Shown here: one piece after another, positions 29,451 through 38,616 of the stretch
How the letters are laid out: each line of letters begins with the position of its first letter
How positions within the stretch are numbered: position 1 is the stretch's first letter
Assembly (NCBI GenBank): GCA_963704645.1
Contig: OY969926.1
Span: 576,001 to 640,000 of the forward strand
Direction: 5' to 3'
DNA from: an uncultured bacterium
GTDB taxonomy: Bacteria; Patescibacteriota; JACMRA01
Length of the DNA stretch: 64,000 nucleotides
Program-made: the position numbers and the translations under genes
Notes under the pieces: model-generated
The model's input: only the letters and a program-made list of their open reading frames with translations
What the model was told of the DNA's origin: nothing
Databases searched by the model: none

Positions 29451-32363
29451 ATGCTTAGCGATTTATACCTTAAGGCCGTCCAAGTTAGCAGTTCTAGCGA
29501 AAATACCCCTGAATTGGCTAATTATTGGCAGTCTAGATACACTAACTTGCTAGAAAAAGATTTATTTAGGGTTAGTTCTAAAACTATAGATCTGGTAAAA
29601 CTAGACGAATTAACAAGACCTGCCACCACATTTGGAGAGCTTGTTTTGGTTAATCATTTAGATAAGAATGGCCAATTAGACGAAGCAGCTTTGCAAACTA
29701 GTATTGAAACTGCAGTGCGTTTTCTAGATGGTTTTTTGGATACATTAAATTTTAATAGTCAGGCCAAAGCCACGGTTGCCACTTACAGAAAAATTGGTCT
29801 TGGAATTGCCGATTTTAAAGAATATTTAAGCAAAAGAAGTAACTCTTCCGAGCTAGATGAAACAGACTATTTAGGAAATTTAATTAGTTCTGCAACTTAC
29901 AGAGCAAGTGAAAGTTTAGCCGAGGAAAAAGGTGTTTGTCATGGTTGGGATAAGGTTAGAAAACATTTACGTCCAAAATCTTTTGAATATTGGTATGACA
30001 TCGAAACCGGAGATGTTAAAAATGGTTTGGAAATGAGTGAAGATTTTTCTGAAGATACAATAATGGCCAGTAGGTACGAAATTGTTCCAAGAAGAAATGT
30101 TAGTTTGTTATTATTTCCACCAGATTTAGAATGGCAAATTTGGAGTGACCGTGATGATACAGCTGCTAAAACTGAAATGGTAAATGTGCCTGAAATTATT
30201 GATAACAAAAATAATCAAAACAGTAATTTGGTTCAGAAAAGTGATTTGAATCAAAACTTAATTCAAAATGAAATTGTTGAGGAAGTAGTTGTTCAACCTG
30301 ACTTAAATTCTGAGGATATCTCTACTTCTACTTCACAAGAAACTGATGAGCTAGAAACACAAGTTGAAATTATTAAGGAAGATCCAATTGCTTCAAACAT
30401 TAGTACAATAGATACTGAACTGTTGCAATTTGGTAACGAACCAGCACACTTTGAAGAGCCAAACCCAGCTTTAACTGAAATGAAAATTCAAGAACGCTTA
30501 GACGCAGTGGAAGATGCTAAGGTTGTAGAATTGCCTGCTTCTTCAGAAAACTTCTTAAAACCAAGTCTAAGTAACTCAGATAGTTCGCCTTTAAATAATG
30601 AACCTCAAACATTGAAAGATGTAAGTGAAGTTAGTGAAATTAAGGAAGATGATGAATCTTTAAAGTTGTTGACAGATGAAGTTGAACCTTTAATTAAGTC
30701 AGATACTAAGCCATTGCTAAACAATACTGCTAAACTAATGTTGGAAGACGAGCCAGAATTATTATTGGAATCTGATTCGAAGTTATTGCTTGAAGATGAA
30801 AAAGAATTATTATTGCAAGATAATGTTGAACCTTTGCTAACCAACACTCCCGGTATTCTTTTAGACGAAAGCAATGATTTAGATGAAAATAAGGAAAATG
30901 TTGAAGAAGAATTAGAAGTTGATAAATTAACAAATATAAGTTATATAGCTCCTGTAAACTTAGATCATTTAAGTAATTTGGATAATCAGGTTGATAGCGA
31001 AGTTGAAGAAGAGTATTCCAAAGAATCTTTTTCTTTTCAAATTGGCGAGTTAGTTCAACTTCCTAAAGAGAAAAATAAAATATACCAAGTTTTAGATGCA
31101 AAAAATGAGGCAGGAATAAACAAGTATCAATTAACCAATGGAAGTGCGGATGCCGTAGATGTTTATATTGCTGAAGATGAAATTGAGCCAGTAGAACTAT
31201 TCGATATTTTAGACCGAATTAATTTGGCTAGTAGTTTAGAAACAAAGTTGAGCGAACAAGATTTATTACTAAACCAATCTTCATCTTTAAACAAAGGCTG
31301 GGAGGTATGGGCATCGGCTTTAATATTAAACAATGGCAAGGCAGCTGTTTCTAAAGACTCGCAAAATTTTCCTTCAGTTCAGGTTGAAACCGATCAACTT
31401 CCAGAAAAGAAATTAATTGCTTATTTGGAAGATCAATATCAATTACACGGACGTATTATTGAGGAGGTAGGCAGCTCTACAACCCAACTTGATGGTGTTT
31501 CTAGACTACATTTAACATATCAAGTACAAGTAAAAGAGAGTGTTTTACCCGCTAGTTTGGTAGAAGTTCAAATTGCAAGTCTGCAAGAGTCTGAAAGTTC
31601 AGCGAGAACAATTTTAAACAAATATAATAGAAGGCAATTATATTGGCAGAATCAAATAGATAAAGCCAAGAAAAGCGCCCAAGTTATTCCAAACGTTGTA
31701 AATTCTAAAGCTGATAACACTAGTAATTTAAGCGCTTCTAACATAAACCCAACTATATCAGTTGAACCAACACCATCAAACATTCATTTTAACACCCCAA
31801 CAATTCAAATTAACCCTAACAATATGGCTAAATATTCCCTTAAACTAGAACAATTAGTACAAACCCAAGCTTTTGGCGATGTAACAGTAACAATTCAATA
31901 TGATCCTGAAGGTCCTAAAGTAGTTATGGCTACAGGACAAGCAGTTGTAGGTGAATTAAAACACCTACTAGACACTGTTTTAGGTTTAGTAAACTTCACT
32001 TTAAGCAAGAAAATTGCTCCTGTGGAAATTTCTGAACAATTGCAAAATCAACCTAAAGATGGTATGAACATGCCAATTAATGATTTACTACTAATCATCG
32101 CTCAGGCTTTGAAAACTGCTCCAGCTAGTGCCGAACAAATTAATAGTAATATTTTAACTGAAATTGTTCCTGAAAAAATTATGCAGGCTATCACTGAAAA
32201 AGCCGAAGATAAGGCTCCACAATCTAATCCAAAGTCAAACGGCGTTGAACAACCTGCACCTTCCGAAAAACCTGCAGGAAACGATGAAAATAAGGCTTCC
32301 AATGACAAAAAAGAAGAACCTAAAAATGTCTTCTTCGGTGGCTTCGGTGGAAGAAAAGAATAG
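29451..32363 (+). CDS. Degenerate class II ribonucleotide reductase-like multidomain protein
   Basis: AVRFLD, RKIGLGI, YRASESLAEEKG and RRN barrel remnants; acidic linker; SH3-like, NUDIX-like and TSCPD-like segments. Confidence 0.65.
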   Translation: MLSDLYLKAVQVSSSSENTPELANYWQSRYTNLLEKDLFRVSSKTIDLVKLDELTRPATTFGELVLVNHLDKNGQLDEAALQTSIETAVRFLDGFLDTLNFNSQAKATVATYRKIGLGIADFKEYLSKRSNSSELDETDYLGNLISSATYRASESLAEEKGVCHGWDKVRKHLRPKSFEYWYDIETGDVKNGLEMSEDFSEDTIMASRYEIVPRRNVSLLLFPPDLEWQIWSDRDDTAAKTEMVNVPEIIDNKNNQNSNLVQKSDLNQNLIQNEIVEEVVVQPDLNSEDISTSTSQETDELETQVEIIKEDPIASNISTIDTELLQFGNEPAHFEEPNPALTEMKIQERLDAVEDAKVVELPASSENFLKPSLSNSDSSPLNNEPQTLKDVSEVSEIKEDDESLKLLTDEVEPLIKSDTKPLLNNTAKLMLEDEPELLLESDSKLLLEDEKELLLQDNVEPLLTNTPGILLDESNDLDENKENVEEELEVDKLTNISYIAPVNLDHLSNLDNQVDSEVEEEYSKESFSFQIGELVQLPKEKNKIYQVLDAKNEAGINKYQLTNGSADAVDVYIAEDEIEPVELFDILDRINLASSLETKLSEQDLLLNQSSSLNKGWEVWASALILNNGKAAVSKDSQNFPSVQVETDQLPEKKLIAYLEDQYQLHGRIIEEVGSSTTQLDGVSRLHLTYQVQVKESVLPASLVEVQIASLQESESSARTILNKYNRRQLYWQNQIDKAKKSAQVIPNVVNSKADNTSNLSASNINPTISVEPTPSNIHFNTPTIQINPNNMAKYSLKLEQLVQTQAFGDVTVTIQYDPEGPKVVMATGQAVVGELKHLLDTVLGLVNFTLSKKIAPVEISEQLQNQPKDGMNMPINDLLLIIAQALKTAPASAEQINSNILTEIVPEKIMQAITEKAEDKAPQSNPKSNGVEQPAPSEKPAGNDENKASNDKKEEPKNVFFGGFGGRKE

Positions 32364-32395
32364 TTGAAATTGCTACAACAGTTTGAAAATTATAA

Positions 32396-32422
32396 AAAGG
32401 CCGCAAGGCCTTCTGTTTTTTT
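32396..32422 (+). terminator. Intrinsic terminator
   Basis: AAGGCC-GCAA-GGCCTT followed by T tract. Confidence 0.75.
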
Positions 32423-32554
32423 ATTTAAGTTTTAAGATAATTGTTTTTGAGTTAATAACCAAAAACTAAGGCATGAAACTGTCATTTTCTAACTTTTTAC
32501 ACACTTTAAATTACACAATAAATTGGTGAGTAGCTTATTCCTTCCCATCCCTTC

Positions 32555-32910
32555 CCATCCCCTGTGTCTTCTATTTAAATCTTTTAATTCCTTTATCAAT
32601 ATGATTAGTTGTATTAGGAATATTAAGTTCTGAATATTCTTGAAAAGTAAATAATTTTCATATTTCTTTTAAATATTTTTAAAGCTGTAACTATTCTACT
32701 GTGTAGGTATTGTCCTTGTTTATTTCTCTGACTTAGAAAGTATTGGTTTCTTTTTATGTACAGTGCTAATGTTCTACCTAATTCTTGTTCAGTTAATTTA
32801 TTTTTAACGAATAAGCTATTTATCTGATTTAGTTCTTTTCCTTACTCTGTTCTAGGATTCTTTGTAATTAAGGTGCTTATTCTTTTTTTGTATATTAAAC
32901 TGTCATATCT
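32555..32910 (-). pseudogene. Fragment of an IS256-like (Zn-binding variant) transposase
   Basis: Minus-strand pieces ITKNPRTE*GKEL, FLSQRN..GQYLHSRI, LFTFQEYSELNIPNTTNHID and NRRHRG, with a stop and frameshifts. Confidence 0.7.
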
Positions 32911-33041
32911 ATTTAATAAAAAGAAGTTGGGTTTTTAAGTGATAGTTTTGGTTATTAACTCAATTTTTTAATTAGAATAATCTTAATTTTTAACAACTTT
33001 TTCACTCATTTTTTTTGAAGCGTAGAAATATGGACTGTAAA

Positions 33042-36000
33042 TCACATACCCATAACCACCACAGGTACATTGTGCTTTATGGCAAATTCCAATTCTTTTT
33101 GATGATTTGTTTTAATATCTTCATCTGTCATGCCTGGCTTTACTCGAATTAAAAGACCTGCCACTTCGTTTCTGATACTATTTAACTCATTAATTTCACC
33201 AGGAAAAGATATCTGTTCTGCTTTCTCTGGTTCATATCCATCTTTCTCCATTTTTTCTTGGTTGTTATAACTAATCAGCAGATTAGATAATCTTTCAATT
33301 ACACCTGTTAAATCTATATCATCTTTTGGGGATAAGGATTCAGGAAACTTGGAGTATTTTTGATAATAATTCAAGGCAATATTAAATTCTTCTATTTTAT
33401 CTGCAACTTCTAAAAACTTTTCTTTATCCACACCATCTGGTAAATCACCATCATGAAAATATTTTACAAGGTCTCTAGAACTCACTTCTTCTGCATTTGA
33501 TCCAAAAAACTCTGATTGGAGTATCTTAAATTTATGATATGCCATAACCTTTATTTTATTTTGTATCTGTTTTTCATTTGCAATTGTAGATAGAGTTTTT
33601 CCAGAAGCTGAAAAAGTGTCTTCTAAATCCACATTTACTGGAGTTGCTCGTAGTATCAAAGCATTTTGATTATTGCTAAATATTCTCATCCTAGAAGGAT
33701 CTGTAGAAGCATAAGTAGTGCAGAGCAATGAATCTACTTCTACTGCTCCTCTATCAAGTTTTGGTGATTTAGATGGATTATAATCTGCCCTCAATTCATT
33801 AGTAACGTGTAAATTTACACGGTAGCTACCACCTTCTCTTAAATCAATAAGTTGAACAGTTGACTGTTTTGATGTTCCATCAGGATTATTACCTTGATCT
33901 ACAGATAACTGTCTTTGGTTTGGATGCCTTAGAAGCTGGTCTACTTCGCTGATAACAGGGTAATTTAGATTTTCATAATATCGTATTATTGGTTTCAGTC
34001 CTTCAACTAGAGCTTCTCGATTTGGTTTATAGGAATCTATATACTGAAAGCTATCTTTGACTCTAAAACTATCCATTTCACCAAGTTTCATAGTCATATC
34101 TAGAAACTTTTCACTTCCAAGCCTAATTGCTAACTCATGTAGTTTCTCTTCATCCGGAAGTTTAAAATTAATGACTTCAGTTAACTTTGCAATTTCTTCT
34201 TTTAGATCTACCATATTTGGTATTTCTGCTTTCATTGAATAAGGTAAATTCAACCTATCACCGATTTGATAAGCCAACTTTACAGACTTGTATCCGTGAG
34301 AATCATCAGCTTGAGCTTCTCCCCTTTTTTGTGTTGTAGGTTTACCTAGGTCATGACTAAGGGCAGCAAGTGTCATTATAATTTTTTCCTCTTGACTGGC
34401 TTTTTGATAAATATTAGATCCTTGAACTGATTCTACAACTTTTAAGGTGTGTTGGAGTAAATTTTGATACTTATGATAATCATGCTGATATGGACCTGAT
34501 GGAGTTAGTTTTGTGTAAGGCGAGTTTTCAGGAAGATCATATTTACCAGCAGATACGGTGTTTTCAGGCGCGAAATTAAGTAACTCTGGAAGTAAAATAC
34601 TCAATTCACTGTTTGGGTTCATGAGCTGTTTTGGCAATTCCTTGGGATCTTGTAAAATATCCAAAACTTTTTTTGTCGTGTTTGGAAGGTGCTGGAAAGC
34701 CATTGTTTGCATTCCTCCCTCAATGGGGATTCCAATAGGTTTATCGTCTAATGGATTAAAAGATTCCTCTACTCTTCCGATCGATAGCTCAGAACCAAAT
34801 CCTGGAATTCTAAGTACCGCTTTGACACGTTGCCAAGTCTGATTATTCATCGTTGAAAAATGAGCATCCATTTTGTTTAACACCTCTTGAGTTGCTTCAG
34901 GGTCAGCTCTCAAAGACTCCATTATTATATTTTTGATTCCATCTTGACCCTGAAATGAGTCAAAATGTTCACTACTATCTATTTTTGAAAATATATTGTC
35001 GACATAGTTTATAAAATCATCCTTAGCCGGTATACTTATTGTATACTTGTAACCGTAATTGTTTAAGACTGTTCCATTAAAATCAACAGCGAAATCTGGT
35101 GACAATGTTTTTAATAAATCAAGTTTCTGATTATAATTCATCCAGTTTTTCTCAGCAGCTATTTTTAAAAACGCAGATTGTAACTCTACTTTTTTGTTTT
35201 TCAACAAATCTAGAATAACCTCAGGATACTCTTGAAATACTAAGTGGACAATATCATGTATTTGCGAATCCGAAAATGCATAAATAGTGTCAACTAAGGC
35301 GTTCTCAACGTCATCTTTTTTATTTTTGAAGAAGTCTGTTTTGAATTCAGATGTTAGAGTGTTGAGGAAATCCATTAGGTTGCCTGGGCTCTTTGAAATC
35401 TTGTTAATCAATGCTTTTCCAACCTCGTCACTTTTATTGTTAAAGAAATTTACACTAAATTCAGAGTCTATTTTTGAAATATTTCTTAGCGATGAAGTAA
35501 AACTATTTCCATTTTCTGAAATCAGAGAAGCTATTTCGCTCTCCACAAAAGACCTTTTTTCTGTTAAAATATTTTGAATAATATTAGGAATTAAACCATA
35601 AAGACCGTTAATCAAATCAGAATTAGATAAATTGTCAATAATTTTTTTGGTAATTACTTCCTTGTTGCTCTCAAAAAGTTGTATAACGTAATCTGGATAA
35701 AGATTGTTAATACAATCTAGCATAACATTCTTTACTTCAGTCTTCTGAAATAATTTATCAATTAATTGCTTTTCATTATTAATTAATAAATTTTGTACAA
35801 ATTTAGGATTAGCTTTATTGAAAACCGCTAAAATATTTTTTGATGTATCGATTCTTAATAATATTAACCTTTCAAGTTCCACACGATTATCATTAATTAA
35901 TTCTTTTAGAATTGTAGGATTGCTGTGCTCCATCTTTTCGAAAAAACTATCTAGTGATTTAGGATTCTTTACTAATATATCTTTAAGGTTGGTGTAAATA

Positions 36001-37235
36001 TCTTCTTTGTTATCCATTAAATCAGATCCAAAATCAGGATCGATACTATTCAATATACTGATAAAATTTTTATAATCCCTACTATCATCACTAATTAATC
36101 TTTTTAAAATATCAGATAATTGCTTTTTTCGTTCGTAAACAAATTTTGTAGCATTTTCAGGATTAGCAAATTTGATAACTCTTAACAAAGGTATAATTTT
36201 TTTTAGACCTCGTTCCCCTCGATTAATAAATCCATCTAATTTTACAAATAGATCTGAAGAAATTTGATCTATGATTAACTTTGCATTTTCAGGAAGTGTT
36301 TTTTTTAAAAACCCGATCTTATCTAAAAAAAGACCTAGATTTTTATCTAATGATTCAACTAGATAATTTTTCAACTCCCCATCCCCCTCCTTCAAAAACC
36401 TATCTACAATCTCAGGATCAATTTCCCTACACAGATCAAATATTTTTGATGGGTCTGCGCTACCTTCCTTAAACGCCTGCATCATCACATCCATCATCTC
36501 TCGATCTGCAGATTCAGGATCTAAAGCACGCATATCTTCAAACATTTTGGATAGTTGAAGCCTTGCTGCTTCAAATTCGGTTTTTAGTTGCTTGACTTTG
36601 TTTATCAGATTTCCTATTTCTGTTGTTTTGCTTTCAGATTCAATACTTTCTTTGACACCCTCATTATTGTTTTCTGCTTGTTGAGGATTTTGTCTTTTTT
36701 CCAAGTCTTTACTTAGCTTTTCTAACTCTCCAAGATATTCCTCAAAGACAAGATCTAGCTTTTTTAAGAAATCATATTCTCCTATTTGACCTACTACTTC
36801 TTGTTTTTTGTCATTGTTATTTTCAATATGATTCGAAATTATTTTAAAGTCTAAACCATTAGTTTTTGAAATTATAATTAGATCTTTATATCCTTCTATT
36901 TTTAAATTATCCCCTAAGTTTTTTTTCACTTTACCATACCCTGACTCATTAAAATCATTTGAGATATTATCCAGTACGAATATTGCGTCTCGGATATATA
37001 AATCTAGCTTAGCTAAATGGTTTTCTACTTCTTCAGAGTTTTCTGATTTTAGAGATTCATCTGCGAATTCAATTTCTTCTGCATTTACAATCATTGCCAA
37101 TACCGAATCTTGATCTAATAATTCTTTTGTAGAATGTTTTTTTTCAGCTATATTCAAATTCTTTCCAATCTCTATTTTGGGTATTTGCAATTTACTAGAC
37201 TGGCTTAATAGTTGACTTTTAAAATCAGCGGTCAT
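33042..37235 (-). CDS. Giant protein: coiled coil, alpha-solenoid repeats and HD domain
   Basis: About 12 helical repeats (xxPEF/PDF...NKxEL); Q.DYH.Y..LQHTLKV...LAALSHDLGKP...H..S, a CCA-enzyme-like HD motif. Confidence 0.7.
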   Translation of the reverse strand: MTADFKSQLLSQSSKLQIPKIEIGKNLNIAEKKHSTKELLDQDSVLAMIVNAEEIEFADESLKSENSEEVENHLAKLDLYIRDAIFVLDNISNDFNESGYGKVKKNLGDNLKIEGYKDLIIISKTNGLDFKIISNHIENNNDKKQEVVGQIGEYDFLKKLDLVFEEYLGELEKLSKDLEKRQNPQQAENNNEGVKESIESESKTTEIGNLINKVKQLKTEFEAARLQLSKMFEDMRALDPESADREMMDVMMQAFKEGSADPSKIFDLCREIDPEIVDRFLKEGDGELKNYLVESLDKNLGLFLDKIGFLKKTLPENAKLIIDQISSDLFVKLDGFINRGERGLKKIIPLLRVIKFANPENATKFVYERKKQLSDILKRLISDDSRDYKNFISILNSIDPDFGSDLMDNKEDIYTNLKDILVKNPKSLDSFFEKMEHSNPTILKELINDNRVELERLILLRIDTSKNILAVFNKANPKFVQNLLINNEKQLIDKLFQKTEVKNVMLDCINNLYPDYVIQLFESNKEVITKKIIDNLSNSDLINGLYGLIPNIIQNILTEKRSFVESEIASLISENGNSFTSSLRNISKIDSEFSVNFFNNKSDEVGKALINKISKSPGNLMDFLNTLTSEFKTDFFKNKKDDVENALVDTIYAFSDSQIHDIVHLVFQEYPEVILDLLKNKKVELQSAFLKIAAEKNWMNYNQKLDLLKTLSPDFAVDFNGTVLNNYGYKYTISIPAKDDFINYVDNIFSKIDSSEHFDSFQGQDGIKNIIMESLRADPEATQEVLNKMDAHFSTMNNQTWQRVKAVLRIPGFGSELSIGRVEESFNPLDDKPIGIPIEGGMQTMAFQHLPNTTKKVLDILQDPKELPKQLMNPNSELSILLPELLNFAPENTVSAGKYDLPENSPYTKLTPSGPYQHDYHKYQNLLQHTLKVVESVQGSNIYQKASQEEKIIMTLAALSHDLGKPTTQKRGEAQADDSHGYKSVKLAYQIGDRLNLPYSMKAEIPNMVDLKEEIAKLTEVINFKLPDEEKLHELAIRLGSEKFLDMTMKLGEMDSFRVKDSFQYIDSYKPNREALVEGLKPIIRYYENLNYPVISEVDQLLRHPNQRQLSVDQGNNPDGTSKQSTVQLIDLREGGSYRVNLHVTNELRADYNPSKSPKLDRGAVEVDSLLCTTYASTDPSRMRIFSNNQNALILRATPVNVDLEDTFSASGKTLSTIANEKQIQNKIKVMAYHKFKILQSEFFGSNAEEVSSRDLVKYFHDGDLPDGVDKEKFLEVADKIEEFNIALNYYQKYSKFPESLSPKDDIDLTGVIERLSNLLISYNNQEKMEKDGYEPEKAEQISFPGEINELNSIRNEVAGLLIRVKPGMTDEDIKTNHQKELEFAIKHNVPVVVMGM

Positions 37236-37378
37236 TAATTTTTTGTTTTGTGTTTACTACATTTTATCATCAAAGACTAATATAGTCTAATTCTTTGAAC
37301 AAGCCCAAGCAGATATCATGTTAAGGGTAATGAATATTGTTTATTAAGAGTTAATAAAATAATTTTTACTTATTTTTA

Positions 37379-37411
37379 CACTTAGACCCTGAAACAAGTT
37401 CAGGGTGATAG
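37379..37411 (+). repeat. REP-like palindrome
   Basis: CACTTAGACCCTGAAACAAGTTCAGGGTGATAG; 31/33 identical to 51038-51070. Confidence 0.8.
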
Positions 37412-37520
37412 GGCTTATCGTCTAGTGTAGTATGCTTGTAGACAGTCTGGTTGGCCAGTAGTCCAACTTTAATACTTAGAAACTTAGAGTAAGACAGATT
37501 TGTTGATCTGAGATATTAAT

Positions 37521-38138
37521 TTAATATCCAATGTTTTGGTTAACTAAAATAATATGGAATCTGCCTGGGTTTACTTCTCTGTTTACAATCAATACTTTGT
37601 TAATTGCACTTCCTGGAACGCCGTAAGCTTTTCTAGCTCTTTCACTTTCAAGAGGTAAAGTATATTGTTCCAACCTTTCCATTCCTTCAATTAAATCTTT
37701 TGTAATTTTTTGAACACCTGCTACAACAATCATTGTTTCTGCTCCGTAAGCTTGTCCTGGAAGTTGGCTTCCTGTGGCTGAAGCTGTAATTAATTGTCCT
37801 GCTTCGGTAATTGCGTGCACACTTCCAATACCATATTCTGGAACGCTGCCTAAGGCTCGCATTTCTTGGCCATGGGTTTCCTTGTTTAAAGAATATAGTT
37901 TGTCACGGTTAGGCTTATAATCACCAGATTCATTAATATGGGTAGAAATACCAGCTTCGTCTAAAGTAACAGAAGTATAAGTCATAACCTCACTTTGTTC
38001 TGGAATTAGTTCTAATACTTTGGCTTTAGCTTCTTCAAGATTTTCAACAAAACTAACTGTAAAACCGTTACCTTGTAAGTTTACTATTGTTTGGTTTATT
38101 GTTTCTTGGTTTGGGATTGTGTTAAAAGTTTTACTCAT
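37521..38138 (-). CDS. LUD domain (lactate utilization C-like) protein
   Basis: SVTL, GSVHAITEAGQL..ASATGSQL, VAGVQKI, ESERARKAYG. Confidence 0.8.
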   Translation of the reverse strand: MSKTFNTIPNQETINQTIVNLQGNGFTVSFVENLEEAKAKVLELIPEQSEVMTYTSVTLDEAGISTHINESGDYKPNRDKLYSLNKETHGQEMRALGSVPEYGIGSVHAITEAGQLITASATGSQLPGQAYGAETMIVVAGVQKITKDLIEGMERLEQYTLPLESERARKAYGVPGSAINKVLIVNREVNPGRFHIILVNQNIGY

Positions 38139-38205
38139 AATAAGTAATCAAAAACTCTGTATTGACATTTAGTCAAGTACTATGGTAAAAGTAAGTATAT
38201 AAAGT

Positions 38206-38547
38206 ATGAAACAATGCACATCCTCAGACCCAGTAAATATTACCTTAAAAGTAATAGGTGGAAAATGGAAGCCCGTAATTTTGTGGTATTTGAAAGACGA
38301 AATTAAGAGATTCAACCAGCTATCTAAAGAAATAACTGGAATTACCCAAAAAATGTTAATTCAACAACTGCGTGAATTAGAACAAGACGGAATAATTAAA
38401 CGGAAAGTTATGCCAGTTATTCCCCCGCATGTAGAATATTCCATTACAAGTTATGGTCAAAGTCTCCAACCAATTCTAATTTCAATGGCAGAATGGGGTG
38501 AAGGGCATACAATTAAATTGGGCAAAAGAAAAACCAATATAAAATAA
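38206..38547 (+). CDS. HxlR family winged-helix regulator
   Basis: [13 protein letters not shown]...RF..L...[16 protein letters not shown]...PPHVEYS. Confidence 0.93.
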   Translation: MKQCTSSDPVNITLKVIGGKWKPVILWYLKDEIKRFNQLSKEITGITQKMLIQQLRELEQDGIIKRKVMPVIPPHVEYSITSYGQSLQPILISMAEWGEGHTIKLGKRKTNIK

Positions 38548-38616
38548 TTACTTTTGTAAGTTAGGACTTACATATTTGACCAGATAACTATTTCAGCTCA
38601 TTAAATATACATTAAT

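Noticed and set aside
33042-37235. Cas3 HD nuclease or CCA-adding enzyme
   Set aside because: No helicase motifs, no cas neighbours and no recognisable nucleotidyltransferase head
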